A DNA stretch of 64,000 nt from Hypanus sabinus (Eukaryota), in the NCBI RefSeq assembly GCF_030144855.1, contig NC_082728.1:44206001-44270000 (forward strand), given 5' to 3'. The notes under the pieces were generated by a model. That model did no database searches, had not been told where the DNA came from, and was given only the letters and a program-made list of their open reading frames with translations. Positions 12,950 through 26,647 of this stretch are shown piece after piece. Numbering within the stretch: the stretch's first letter is position 1; each line of letters opens with the position of its first letter. A program made the position numbers and the translations under genes.

Positions 12950-14440
12950 ATGGGAATACCACGAGAACCAATGACATAGGGAGGAAGAGTGACAAGGTTC
13001 TGAAAAGGGAGTTAGGTGCTAGGTTAAAGGGTTCTGATCTCAGGATTGCTATACATACTATGTGCTAGGGAGACAAAAAATAGGAAGATTGTACAGTTTA
13101 ACACATAGCTAAGGATTTATGTGTAAGAGGGAGGGCATAAGATTTTTGGATCATTGGGCTCTCTTCCAGGGAAGGTGGGACCTGTACAGAAGAGATGGTT
13201 TGAGCCTGAATTAGAAGGGGACTCGTACACTAGCGGTAAGGTTTGCTGGTGCTGCATGGGGTGGAGGATGGGAACCAGAGTGCCAAAACAGATAGTGGAG
13301 GGGTTGTGGAGACCAATGTCATTAAGACCTCAGGCAAAGTCAGGAATCAAAAGGTTGACCATGGTGCAACTGATGATCTAAGCTGCAGATGCTTCAATGC
13401 ATGAAATATTGTTTAAAAAAAAGGTGGATGAGCTCAGGACATGGATCAATACCTGGAATTATGATATTGTAGCCTTTCGTGAGACTTGGTTGCAGGAGGG
13501 GCAGGACTGGCATCTCAATATTCCAGAGTTCCATTGCTTTAGACATGACCATGGAAGGGATTAAATGAAAAGGGGTGGCATTACTAGTCAGGGAAAATAT
13601 CATATAGTACTCAGTCAGAACTGACTGGAGAACCCCTCTAGAGAGGTGTTATAGGTGGAATTGAGTAGTAAGAAACACTTTGACCACATTAATAGGGCTA
13701 TATTATAGACCACTCAATAATCTGAGGGATTTAGAGGAACAAATTTGCAGAAAGATTGCAAACTGTTGCTAGAAACAAGAGGTTGTTATAGTATGTGATT
13801 TTAACTGTCCACGTATTGAATGGGATCAGCATGCTGTCAAAGGACTAGATAGAATAGAATGTGTCAAATGTTTTCAAGAAAGATACCTTCATCAGTATGC
13901 AGAAGTCCATTGACAGAGTGCATGATACTTGATCTCCTATTACGGAATGAGACAGGACAGGTGACAGAAATTTGTGTAAGGGAACATTTTGCATTGAGTT
14001 TTCACAATGCAATTAATTTTAAAATAAATATGCAAAAAATAGGTCTGGTCCATAGGTTGAGATTCTAAATTGGAGAAAGGCCAATTCTCATGGTATCAGA
14101 CAGGATCTGACAAGCATGGATTGGGATGGGGTGTTGCCTGGCAAAGGTGTACTTGGTAAGAGGGAGGCCTTCAAACTTGAAATTTTGTGAGTACGAACCT
14201 TGTACGTGCCTGTCAAATAAAGATAACAGGTTTAGGGAACATTGTTTTTCAAAAGATTTTGAAACCATAGTTAAGAAAAAAAAATGGAGGTGCATAGCAG
14301 GTTTATACATGCCCAAAATGGAGCTTAGAAAAATAGAGGGTTATAGGTAAGCCTAGTAATTTCTAAGGTAGGGACATGTTCAGCACAACTTTGTAGACTG
14401 AAGGGCCTGTATTGTGCTGTAGGTTTTCTATGTTTATATG
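12950..14440 (+). mobile_element. CR1 LINE ORF1 end and endonuclease fragment joined to a CR1 3' tail
   Basis: YDIVA..ETWL, GGVALLV and YYRP endonuclease remnants; (ttctatgt)n-type tail at about 14430. Confidence 0.8.
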
Positions 14441-16709
14441 AAACTCAGCATGTCAGTCCACACATTTTGTGTGTCTGTTGCACTGGATTTCCAGCATTGT
14501 AGAATTTCTTGTGTTTATGGTTTACTGCAACTGAAGGGATGTCAGTTTTTAAAATGTTCTTGTATTAAGCAATTTAGTATTTTAAATAACTTGTAGTAGA
14601 TGCTTCTGGGTCAGGATTCATACCTTGTATGTATATTTGTTATGGGATTCAAATAATGTTTTCCAGAATGGATATTAAGTACTTATAACTAAATATTTGT
14701 ACCTGATCATAGGTTTTTAATTGGACCCACAATACTCCTGCTGCCCTTTGGGATGGATGAGAGAGTGGATGGCATAGGCAGTCGACATCGAGAATGGTGT
14801 GAAGCTGATTTTAGTTGCAGCTATATTGAAACAACGTAATGGTACCAACACACACAAGAACTTACCTAAATGAGGAAATCACCAGGTTGAACTGTTGGCC
14901 AATTAACTTTTGTAATTAAATTCACTAGTTATTAGACTCTTCTGCTATTTTAAATTAATTAATTTCTTCCTGTGAGAGCAAGTGTCCTTTATACTTGTGT
15001 ACTGGAAATCATATTAGCAATGTTGAGTCTTGAAGAATAAACGTGGTATTTCTAATCACTGTATTTTAAAACAGGTGTACAAAAGTTCAAAGGTTAATTT
15101 ATTATCAAAGTATGTATGCAGAATACAACTCTGAGATTCTTCTCCGATTGTCTTGAAATCAAGAAAATCCATGAATATCAGTTCAGAGAGTAACAGCAAA
15201 CCCACCCCTTGCACAAAAAAGAATGGCAACATGATAATCAATCCCCAAACCCCCACTGAGTGGTTTCAGTTCCCTTACATTTATTCTGGGACATTCCATT
15301 GTTAGCTTTTATGACTGATTTCAGTGCTCTGCTCGAAAAGAGGTATCAATGATTAATCTTTATACAGCTTAAGACCTATTAGTAGCTGGTCAAAAATTGG
15401 AATTAGCTTTCAGAAAGTCACTGGAGCTCTTTTTAAGGTCTCTGAATAGTCTGAGAGCATTGGTTGTGGCACTGATTCAGCAGATAATGAAACGTCTTAA
15501 GTTCAATGAATCATATGGCCCTTTTAGCCCACTTCATGCATGCCAACTGCACTGCCCATCTACCATTATCCTATTTGTCTTCCCATTAAAGTAGATATTC
15601 AAATGGTTTCTGAATTCTGAGGCAGTTCTCTGCTTTCACTTTTGCTGGAGTTGTGTTTTTCTTTGCAGAGTGAACTTGGGCAGTACAAAGTCTGGTCATT
15701 TCGGAATATAATTAAAGTCAATTGAGACAGCAATGGAAGGAATCACGAACTGTAAGATTATTATATAAACTAACAGAAGCAGTTTATATTTACATGATAC
15801 AAATGAGGTGAAAAATGCCTTGGAGTACTCTCCAGGAGCATTGAGCAAAATGTGATACAGAACCATATGTTGGATCAGCTGAATAAGTACTTGGTGAAAG
15901 ATCTTTCTGTATTTCTTTATGAGATGGAAGAAAGACATTCAGCTCTCTCAGTCTTGTGATGGTATTGGTTTCTCTGTGTGAGAACCCCTGAACCCAAAAG
16001 AAGATTTAAAGCCCCATCTGACATAGACATCTATGGCTACACTCCAGGTAGGGAGGTTATAGTGTATCCACCAACTCTTCAAGGATTAGCTTACTCCGTC
16101 GGTAGTCTTCTCAGCAAAGTCCAGCGTCCAATATCCATTGCTTGATTGGTGGGTCCACCCTCCCTACCAAGGAGGAGATACTTTTCATCCAATGAAGTAC
16201 TTTAAACACAGTTTATTTTCATTGTGAAAATTGTTTATTTCAATTTGTGATAATGGGGGACACTTCCCTCTCCCTTGCTGGGGAGGGAGAGAACCTGTGA
16301 GTTGTCAAAGCTTTTGAGGTAACTTTGGTCTGTGTCTTTACTGTTGCTTAGAGCACGCTTGGGCTCAGTGATGGTACTGATGTGCTTATATTTTTGCTGG
16401 TGGGAGGAGGGGGATCGTTGCTCGCTGCCACTTGCATGTGGGAGGGGAAGCTGGGGGGGGGGAACTTTGGGGTTCTCAGGTTTAACTGTCGTTCATTCTT
16501 TGGGGTAGTTCTCTGTTTATATGGATGTTTGTGAAGAAAAAGCATTTCAGGATGTATATTGTATACTTTTCTCTGCCATTAAACCACCTTTGAACCTCTG
16601 AACCTTTTTAAAAAATAATGATGCGTGCTTAAATTTAGACATAGCCCTTTACAATTTTAACATGCATAGACGAGTTCTGATTTATTAAAGATTTAAATGA
16701 GATATATCG

Positions 16710-18250
16710 TGGCTATACTTCATTAGGAGTTTAAGGACATTTGGTTTGTCAACGAAAACACTCAAAAACTCTACAAGTGTACCCCGGAGAGCATTCTGAC
16801 TGGCTGCATCTCAGTCTGGTAGGGGTGGGGGTTGGGGGGACACAGCACAGGATTGAAAGAAGCTACAGAATATTGTAAAAATAGTCGGCTCCGTCTTGGG
16901 TACTAGCATCCGTAGTATCCAAGACGCCTTCAAGGAGCGGTGTCTCAGGAAGGTAGACACAATATTAAAGACCCGCATCACCCAGGCCATGACCTCTTCT
17001 CACTGTTACCGTCAGCAAGGAGATACAGAAAAGCCTGAAAGCGCACACTCAGTGATTCGGGAACAGCTTCCTCCCCTCTGCCCTCCGATTCTTAAACGGT
17101 CATTGAACCCATGAACACCACATCACTTTTTTATATATTATTTTTGGTTTTACACTTTTTAATTTAACCATTTAATATACATAAATGTACTTACTGTAAT
17201 TGATTTACTTATTTTTTCCCCTCTATATCAGGCTTTCTCAACCAGGGTTCCATGGAACCCTAGAGTTCCGTGAGAGACCGTGATTGGAACAAAGGTGGTA
17301 TTGTTTCTCGATGCTAACGCTCGCAGTGGCGGGCGGTGACCGAGCAGTCTCAGCCCAGCATGGTTATTTGGTTGAGTCCATTCGCAGGTTTTGACACGAG
17401 ATAGGGAGATGGTTCAATTGGTGTATTGCACAGAGGGTGATAATCGGTGAGCGTAGTACTGCGGGGAGGGGAGGACGGTAGCCTGTTGAAGTCCTTTTTC
17501 TGAGCATTGAATGGATTCGCCCAACTTGGGCACAACAAAATTAAACTACTTTCCTCCCTTTCAACACAAAGGTAGGGCCGGTCGAGGGACCTTTTCTCCG
17601 CATCTTCTGCTCGCCTCAGAACTTGACTTTGAGAGAAGATGAAAAACTTCCTGAGCTACACTCAGATTGTGCGCTCAGGATGAGATTTACTGACCTGCTC
17701 CTGGACAAGGTCTGGGTTTCTGTGAAAGAAGAGTATCCTGCCATTAATAGAAAACAGTGAACATTTTGCTGCAGTTTTCAATTTATTACGTCGAGCAAGT
17801 TTTTTTCCGGTTTGACAGGCATCAAAAACAAGGATAAAACTTGTCTCATTTCAGTTGAAGATGAAATCCGTGATGAAATTCGAAAAGATGAAATTCGACC
17901 CAGAAATGAGAAATTTATTATGTTCACCTTATAAGTTTTAAAAATTTATGAAAGGGAAAAAGATTAATTTCAAGAAAGGTAAACTAAAAAATCATTCTTT
18001 ATTCAAAAGAGCACTGACAATTGGTTTTGGAATATTATATCTACAACTTATTGATCACGCTAACGTACCGTGAGTTGCAGGTACAATTTTTTTTTACGGA
18101 GGGATTCCCTAAGACTTGAAAATTATTTCAAGGGTTCCTGCAGGACAAAAAGGCCGAGACAGGCTGCTGTATACTATCATGCATTGCAGTGTTCTGCTGC
18201 CGCTAAGTTAACACATTTCACGACATACCCCGGTGGTTTTGATTCTGATG
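16710..18250 (+). mobile_element. Rex1-type LINE 3' end split by a hAT element
   Basis: ESILTGCI.VW-like sequence and FKERCLRK; the 3' UTR resumes after 18167. Confidence 0.65.
17229..18166 (+). mobile_element. Non-autonomous hAT (Charlie/Buster-like) DNA transposon
   Basis: CAGGCTTTCTCAACC...GGCCGAGACAGGCTG imperfect TIRs; 8-bp flanks CTCTATAT/CTGTATAC; transposase C-terminal remnant (W.SVKEEYPAI...IKNK...SVEDEIR) at about 17635-17870. Confidence 0.8.
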
Positions 18251-19154
18251 GAGCAGACTAATCTTACACAAGTTTCTGCAGTTTACTTTAATCTTGTGCA
18301 GTAGTACCCCACCCCCTCCCGCCAAACCAGAGGGATTGCAGCCAGTCAGAACGCTCTCCCCAGTACGTTTGTCGGTTTCCGAGGGTTTTAGTTAACAAAC
18401 CAAATCTCAAACCCCTAATGAAATACAGCCGCTGACTTGCCTTCTTTATAGTTGCATCAGTATGTTGTATCTAGGTTAGGATTTCAGAGATATTGACACC
18501 CAGGAACTTGAAATTGCTCACTCTCTCCACTTCTGATCCTCTTGTCCTTTCCACGAGTTGGCAGTGATTTAGTAGTGTTCCTCTAGTGGTAGTTTCCAAC
18601 CACTTGTGCATGCGATCTAATGGTGTGTTTCACAATTTTGTTGGCAGTCCCGCCGAAAGGTTTCGGCCGGAAACTCTTTTCCATAGATGCTGCCTGGTCT
18701 GCAGAGTTCCTGCAGCATTCTGTGTGTGTTGCACTGATCAACATTACACGACATTCATAGATCAAGGAACAAGATTGTTTTAAAATAAATCTGAGTGTAT
18801 GGTAGCAATAAAATGCGTTTCTTCCAAATTAGTTTGTAAAATCTCATTTAAACGCTGAGCTCCCCTTGATAATTAGATATCGGCAATGTCAAGAGTTCGT
18901 CCTCAAGTGATAAAAACTTCTGCTGGTTTATGTCAGGACTATGGTGCTTGCATTTGTTTTCAGATTTAATTCTCTGGATCTGCCTTTCCGAAACCGAAGT
19001 ACTTCACTCCAAGCTCATGCAGCAAATGTTAGATCGCATTTTCATTGGACCATGCTGTACTTTCAACATTTCCCCTGCCGCCACGTAAAGCGTACGGGGT
19101 GGGTTAAGAGAGAACGCCGCCAGCTGACTGGGCAGAGTATGGAGCCGGAGGGAG

Positions 19155-19274
19155 ATGGACGTGCACTCGGGACGAAATTTCAGTACGTCTTCTCCTCCGC
19201 GGTTCTATCTCGAGACCTGGAGAGTTTGCAACATCTGCATGGCTTTCTTTTTCGCGCTTGCCGCCTACGTTCAG
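19155..19274 (+). CDS. TMEM220: Transmembrane protein 220, coding exon 1 (40 aa)
   Basis: MDVHSGRNF...TWRVCNICMAFFFALAAYVQ resembles the recalled human WRACNGLMAAFFALAALVQ. Ends CAG|GTAGGT, phase 0, in a CpG-rich patch. Confidence 0.9.
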
Positions 19275-22200
19275 GTAGGTTCTCTATTACCCGCACGCCG
19301 CAGTTTCCGCACAGCAGGCGTAGAAAAACAGGTTAAAGTCCAACTTTCAGTTCCGTTTGTGTTACGACGATGCTCCAGACTCACGAGTTGTGTGTTTGGA
19401 GGAAAAAAAAATCAGCCCGGCTTAGTATTTTTAAATTGTTGCTATGTAATTAGCATCTGCTTGGCTCGTCTCAACAGATTTGTGACCACAGTATCCAGCG
19501 AGCTGGTGGCCAGACACAGGAGAGAACTTGAAATTTAATGGCTGTAAATATTAAACCAACAGATTGAGCAATTCTGATAGTGTTTACATTCCTGAAAGTT
19601 TGGCGAGCTGACACCCTCTCGAGTACAGGGCAGCTGCCGCCTGCATTGAAAGGTTTCTACCTGCTCAACATACGTCCATTGTAAATAAGGCAATGCTCAC
19701 TTTTCGGGCAAGTGTCTCTGGCTTCATTTTAAACCAATTTGGCTCCCATTAGCATCCAAACTCGATCTCTCTGGATGCGTCCCTGTCCAAACTTGTGCCT
19801 AATCCCATTCATACATTTCTTCTTTCCTTGATCTCCTACCTTGACTGGCAACAACTGCCTAAAAATTATTTTGTTTAAGCCGTGCCCTTTTTCTGCTCCT
19901 CCACTCCTCGAGCTTTATGTGATGTCTGTGTTCCTTGAGTTCAAATTGCTTTTTTTTTCAATCACCCCACAATTTTTGGCTGTGAATTTAGCAAATTAGA
20001 TCAAAGATTCTGTAAGTTCTTACAGTCCTTGGCCTTCCTTTATTTACAACCCCATTCACTTTTTGTAACTTTAACTATTCTCATTCCCCGGTGTAGTTCA
20101 GTTGTCGAACTTTGATGGCACTGTAACTATTGTTAAACTGTTTCTACAATTTTGCTTTATGGAACTGAGCTGAAACTGTTCCCACACATCATGCATCATC
20201 ATGCAATCATTTGACTGTGTTATAGTAGCCCCTCTGTTGTCCTGGAACTTGCCAATAAGTATTAGCAGGAGAATAACAAAATCTAAAATTGGTTTTATAG
20301 AGCTGTCCATGTAAATGTGTTTGGAAATTTATTTGGTTAACTGAGCACAAATGTCTGATGGAAAGTAATTGCCTGTTAGAATTCGATGGAAAAACTCTCA
20401 GGCTTTACTGCAAAGTCAAAAAATGGAACTGTAATTAATGCCATACATTGGCACAATGTTGGGCGCTGGAATTGGGAACAAAATGATGCCAGTTTTGGCT
20501 ACATCAAGCCATCTATTCAGTTACGTATTTTGAAGAAGGAATTACTTGTACAGTGTCATATTTGCTGTCCAAAGTATGAATAGAGAGCTTCCAAACTAAA
20601 TATTGAACTATTAATCTGTATCATCTCTAAAATGTGCTGCAGATATGTTACATGCAATTAATTCTACATATTTAGTATACTGTAACATTTATAATTGTAA
20701 GTGTATCCTATAATATTTCCCATTATAAAAAGAAAATTCCTTTTCTTAAACCAACATCGCTTCATTGCTATTGGAAACAGTTACAGTACTTTCAAAATGG
20801 TGTCATTTTCCTGCTTGTACTAATTGAATTACTGCATCCAAGGAAACACAGTTATGCATCTCACAATAACATTGTGCCGTACCTGCACTGCAGAGCAATT
20901 AATGTAGACTCAACGTGAAACCACCAGACAAGGTCAATTCTTACAGCAAAGTGAAGAAAGGTTAAACCTCACTTTGTGTAGGAAAATTAATTACTGTTAA
21001 ATGTATCAGCTGAATGTTCTGCCATTTATATTGTGTTGCTTTTTTTAAAAAACTAAATACTTTTGTGACATTCAATGAGAAGGAAAGGTTAAGGCGATGT
21101 CTCCTCATAACCCTCAGGAAGACTTAACATCATACATAAAGTGTTCCAGGTAGCTCCAACAATAGTTTTGTGTTAGTCAAACAGTGTAATTCGATAATCA
21201 TCAAAATGAAGTTGATTAGGCATTATCTGTACTATCTAACAGTCATTTATGTGACTGTTCAGGTCAAAGGTTAGTATGGATGGATTTGATAACCAGTCAC
21301 AAAGCTTCTGTAGTCAGTTCATTAGGCATGTCTGAAGTTCAGGGGCATGGTCTTATCAGGACTGAGAGTTTAAGACTATGAAAATAAAGAACTTCTCAGA
21401 GGATATAGATATTTGGAACTCTGTTTCAGAGACCTTGGAGACGGAGTCATTGGGTACATTTAAGGCTAAGGTAGATGTTTGGATCAGAGAGGAATGGAGT
21501 GCTAACAAGATCAGACAGCACACTGGAGTTGACCTGAATAATGATCCTCTTGAATAATTCAATCGTTTCAAAGAATCTTTGAATTTTTGGACAAACAATT
21601 GAATTCCCTGTGCAAATTATCATCCATCATTTCAAATCTTTTTTTCAAATAAAGCAGAAAATGTTGCAAACACTCAGCAGGTCAGGCAGCATCTATGGAA
21701 AGAGAACATTGTAGGTCCAGGATCCTTCACCTGAACCCTTCCTTGCCCATTCCAATCTTAGTAACTCTTGCTCCAACTTATTTTCTGTAATCCAGAGAGG
21801 AGACTGAGTGTGAGGGGCATAGGTATCTAGAAGTCCTGCAAAATTCCAGAAGTCAAAATTAAAATTAAAATAGCATTGACATCAAATACCAACAATTACC
21901 AGCAAAGTGCACAATGGTGTTAGGGGTTTCCACATGAAGGAAAAGTGTCCACCCTATCACTTCCCTTCATGCATCAGATCCTTGCAGCTGACCTTTTGAT
22001 TGTTAGTAATTGTGTGCACATGCTAGGAAGTCTTCCATTAGCAGACATTTGTAAAGTGTTTTATTTCCTAATTTAAACCACACTCATACAATTGCTCAAA
22101 GTGCAAGCCTCCACGATGTAGCCTGAGAAGGGAAATATCTACAAGTGTGCTATTGGACTTCATTTTAAATGTAAATGCAACTAATCACCTGTTGCATACT

Positions 22201-22311
22201 TCTCAGTGGGGAGAGGGTGTGAGGCAATGAATTTGCTTGATCAACAAACCAATTCTGAATATCATGTTTTAATTTTTTTTTATAAATGTAACCTTTTTTT
22301 ATTGTCCACAG

Positions 22312-22341
22312 ATTAATGATCCAGATGCAGGAATATGGACT
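22312..22341 (+). CDS. TMEM220: TMEM220 coding exon 2 (30 nt, INDPDAGIWT)
   Basis: Acceptor ttttattgtccacag|, donor |GTAAGT; carries the family NDPD..W motif. Confidence 0.92.
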
Positions 22342-22368
22342 GTAAGTATGTTTCATCAAGGAGTAGAT

Positions 22369-22448
22369 CGGGGGTTCCCAAACTTTTATATGCCATGGGG
22401 CCTTACCATTTATTAAGGGGTCTGTGGATCCCAGGTTGGGATCCCCTG
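22369..22448. mobile_element. 80-bp hAT MITE just downstream of TMEM220 exon 2
   Basis: C.GGGGTTCCCAA...TTGGGATCCCCTG TIRs; 8-bp TSD GAGTAGAT/GAGTAGTT. Confidence 0.85.
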
Positions 22449-22499
22449 GAGTAGTTTTGTAACATTTAGCTGAAATGTCAGTAGTTGGACAAACACTTT

Positions 22500-23620
22500 T
22501 TTCATTTTCAATCACGAAGTGGACTTACAGAAGATCATTTGATAAGGTCTCAAACAATAGATTATTAAGCAAAATATTATAGAAAATATACTTGCATGGA
22601 TTGAAAATTTATCAACAGGCAGAGAAAGCAGACCGGGAATAAACAGCAAACACGAGGAAATCTGCAGATGCTGGAATAAATGGACTGTTTTTGAGTAAGA
22701 ATGCTCTGAGTGGTGTGATTCTGCAGTGATTGGTGTTGGGTTCTCAATCTGTATCAGTGATTTTGATTAGAGAGGGCACATACAATATATCCAAGTTTGC
22801 TGATGATGTAAACAATTAGGAGGCAAACAGTTAAACTGTGAAGGGATTTGAGTAAAATGTGTCGATATCTTACTCCTCTATATAAGGCATCTTGAATGTT
22901 GTAAAAATTTCAGGTCTCCCTGTCCATACTTATGGTTGAGGGAGTTAAAAGAAGGTTTACCAGATGAGTATCTGGAATGATAGATCTGTTGTATGAGAAG
23001 ACTCAGCTCATAATCTCTTGGGTTGAGAATGACAGGGTGACCTGATTGAATTTGGCCTTTTCTCCTTGGAGCGACAGAGGATAAGAGGTGACTTGATAGA
23101 GGTGTACAAGATAATGAGAGGCATTGATCGTGTGAAAAGTCAGAGGCTTTTCACCAGGGCTGAAATGGCTAGCATGAGAGGGCATAGTTTTAAGGTGCTT
23201 GGAAGTAGGTACAGAGGAGACGTCAGGGTTAAGTTTTTTATGCAGAGAGTAGTGAGTGCATGGAATGGGCTGCCGGTGGCGGTGGTGGAGGCAGAAACAA
23301 TAGGGTCTTTTAAGACCCTGGATGGCTACATGGAGCTTAGAAAAATAGAGGGCTATGGGTAAAGCCTAGGTAGTTCTAAGGCAGGGGCATGTTCGGCACA
23401 GCTTTGCGGGCTGAAGGACTTATATTGTGCTGTATTTTTCTATGTAAATGTGAGTTTGACAGGCAAATGAAAAGATGATGCCTTGTCTAAAATGAGGGGT
23501 GACCGTACCAAAATAAGGGGTGTCATCTAAGACTATGAAGGCCAGTGAAGCCTCTATGAGTCAAATGCAAGGCAGAAATTGATAGATTTTGGATATTAAA
23601 GGAATATGGTGTTAGTGCAG
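22500..23620 (+). mobile_element. CR1 fragments (old copy with a younger 3' end nested at about 23050-23445)
   Basis: SKFADD; RIRGDLIEVYKIMRG...FFMQRVV..WNGLP. Confidence 0.82.
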
Positions 23621-23748
23621 AAAGTGGCACTCAGGTAAAAGACTAACACTAATATTTTGAATGACAGAGCAAGAGGAAAAGTTCATTGGCTTGAGTTTCT
23701 TTTCCTTGTATTTTTCCATCTGCTTAATTGATGTCCTTTCTTTTACAG

Positions 23749-23809
23749 GTAGTCTACTTAATTCCTGCTGTATTATCCTTCCTCGTTGGCCTGAATCCAC
23801 TAGTCACAG
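23749..23809 (+). CDS. TMEM220: TMEM220 coding exon 3 (VVYLIPAVLSFLVGLNPLVT)
   Basis: Acceptor ctttcttttacag|, donor ACAG|GTGCAA, 61 nt; matches recalled [20 protein letters not shown]. Confidence 0.92.
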
Positions 23810-25439
23810 GTGCAAAGCACATGGTCACTGAATTGGTATCGACCCACTGAGTAATTCTTCTTAAGCCCGTCACCCCAATTAGGGCAGATGCTGCTGATAG
23901 CAGCTTGCCAGGGTCCTAGTCTTTCAATTATTACCAGATGTAGCCCATCTTCGAAGATCCTTCCTTTCCCAGGGATGAGGGCTTTGAGTTGGGCTTTTAC
24001 AAGATGGAGTTGCTAGTCCGTGCCCACCCATCCTCTTTTTGCATTCTCCTTTGGACAGCCTGTGGTGAAGTTCCACTGATTAATACTTGTCATATTACGA
24101 TTAAACATCCTTGAATCTTTCCCTCTGTTCATTTGCTCACATCATGAAAGAACTCAGAACAGAGTAGCAGGTATGCAGGCGATGTTTCCAACTAAGTATA
24201 ATGATGACCTTCGTGCTGGGGATGTTGACCCAGGAAAGGACGTTTAATTGGTCTTCCTATCTTTGCATTGTATGCAGAGAACTTTGTAGAGCAGTACTGG
24301 TGCTTTCTACCCAGTTTCTGTTGTAGGTAACCAAATCCCAGAAGTACATTACAGGGCAGGCATCGCTGCTTCCGGTAGACAATGGATTTTGATCTTCTCA
24401 TTAGCCATCCAGAGGCTGTGATGGGGCCCAGAAGGCTAGTAAAATTCATTAATGTCTTCATGCAGAGGAGATCTAAATATATAAGGAATCAAAACCAAAA
24501 TATTTGAAAGTGTTGAAGGTTAGAAGTGAAAACAGAAAATGTTAGAAACACTCAAAAGGTCAGGCAGTTTTTCTGGATAGAAGCTTTCAGGATGAATTGT
24601 CAGAATTTGAAGGAAAACCGTGTTAGTCTTGATTTGAAGTGTAGAGTAGGGGAAAGGTGACTAAGTTAAAGAAGCCATCACTGATGGGGTGAAACCAAAG
24701 CTGCCATGAGGATAAAGTGTTAGACATCATGAGATTGATAGACTAATGAAAGAAGTTAGTTGGAGGGGAAACAAATAGGGAAATATAAAACCTGTGAAAT
24801 GAGACTGTTGAGTGGAAAAATAGATAATGTAAACAATTGCAAGTTAGTAATCTACCAGCAGGTCAGTGTGTGTTCATTGGAGGGAGACAAATAGAGCCAG
24901 TGTTACAGATGGATGGCCTAGGGCCGAACTAGCTAGTTCTGATGCAGAGAGTGATCTGTTTTATGTGCTCCTGCGGGATACAGCACGCCCAGTTGGAAGA
25001 TGTTACTGTTCTTCAGCCTTGACTAGGCTTTGTTACACAGGTGTAGGAAGCCCCAGGCAGGTTAGAGTGAGAAGTGATCTGTGTTTTCTGTGAACCTTTT
25101 GTGAATGGAACATGCCGTCAATTAATTCTGTTTATACAAACATCCAGGAGTCAATTATCACTAAGTTGAATTCTAACAAATGAGCACTAATGAGAAAAAG
25201 TATTTAATAAAATTGGAGAGAGGAACTAGTTTACCCAATATGTAGGATTTTTGAATCTAGTTTTATTATGGAGCTCATTCAAGTCTGACACCCCGGGTCC
25301 CCGAGTTTGTAACTCCACTCCTGAATTTTATGTTGGTCGTTCGGTTTGCTGGCATTGGCTTTAGTTATTGGAAATGTGAATGCTGAATGTTAAGAGGAGT
25401 GAAAGATAATGTGATTCTTCTGGCAGTGGATTCTTGTGA

Positions 25440-25672
25440 CAGCCTTGTCTCAGTGGTAGCATTGTTTATTTGCCAGAAGATATAAGGTTCATTTGCACTC
25501 CAGAAACCTGAACAGTTTTAACCCAATTACACCTCACTAGGATGGACCATCTGTGAGCAAAATTTGCAGCTATTAATATAAGCAGGCTTATAGCACTTCC
25601 CCAGCAATGTTGTAGTGGTGAAGTGCTTTTGGATGTCTTGAACTCCTGAATGACATTATAAATACAATCCCT
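25440..25672 (+). mobile_element. Ancient DeuSINE/SacSINE-like remnant
   Basis: ctcagtggtagca head and gtgaagtgcttttggatgtc...tataaatacaa tail; related pieces at about 26295-26510 (+) and 63500-63900 (-). Confidence 0.5.
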
Positions 25673-25818
25673 TTTTTGGATTCATTTAGCATCAAGTGAA
25701 AGAAATATGGTAAAGTATAATAACTGAGATTTAAGAAAATCCTATGGGGCCTGGTCATTTGATATTTCTTGTCTGAATTATTTTGTTCTCTTTATGAACA
25801 CTTTGAACTGTTTTTTAG

Positions 25819-25942
25819 ATAACTTCATCTGGAAACACCTCTCATTGATGCACATGTCCATGTGCTTCATGGTGGCCACGCTCTGGGGTTGGTATCTTCA
25901 TCGACATGCAAAGAACACTATCTTCCACGAGGAGGAGGGCCG
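25819..25942 (+). CDS. TMEM220: TMEM220 coding exon 4 (DNFIWKHLS...IFHEEEG)
   Basis: ttttttag| ... CG|GTATGC; HEEEGRE motif spans exons 4-5; splice phases are consistent. Confidence 0.93.
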
Positions 25943-26647
25943 GTATGCACCGTTCATTGTAACTGCATCATTCATGCATTTGTATCTCTTAATTGTGTTA
26001 AAAGCCTGCACATTTCTTCATTTGTACACGTTGTGACGTGTCCTTGTGCTGATCTTTTATTGTAACTTTCCACTGTTGACGGATTTTCACAGCACTCACA
26101 GTTCCTATTCCATGAGGTTGGATGGTGTTAGATGCTATTGGCACTTGTACCCCAGCTGATTTTGCCCTGAGCACTTGTCAGTGTACGAGGTTGACCCAGA
26201 TACGTTCTGTTTGGCTGGCTTGAACCTCTGAATCAAAATGGGGGTCAGGCCTTACTCCAGATTAAGCCTTTAATTCAGCATTACAGGGGGCTGATGTTGC
26301 CTTTCAGATAAGACACTGAAGCAAGGCTAGGCAGATGTAAAAGATCCTGTGGTTCTCTATGAGACGTTTTATCTGTTTTTGTGTTAGGAGTACTGAGATA
26401 GTTACAAAGGCCAAACTCTGTTATTCCTAGCAAGGCATTCATTTTACACACTGCTGCTGTGGGTCTATGCATAGTGGATAACTCATGGCTCTGGCCATCC
26501 TGCAAAGATAAGCCATCTACAAATGGTAGTTAGTGCTCAGGTGATAAAACCCCAGGGCCTGTTCCTGGGCCTTTCCAGTGGCCTTTTGCCAGTTTGAGGT
26601 TTGTGGTAAAAGACTGTTTTTCACACACTGATTATTTTGTTTTGCAG

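Noticed and set aside
15960-16215. Coding-looking unique stretch upstream of TMEM220
   Set aside because: No recognisable protein in the frames examined and no convincing splice pair; possibly an old LINE remnant.
19275-19538. Remainder of the 127-aa ORF after TMEM220 exon 1
   Set aside because: Intronic; similarity to TMEM220 stops at the CAG|GTAGGT donor.
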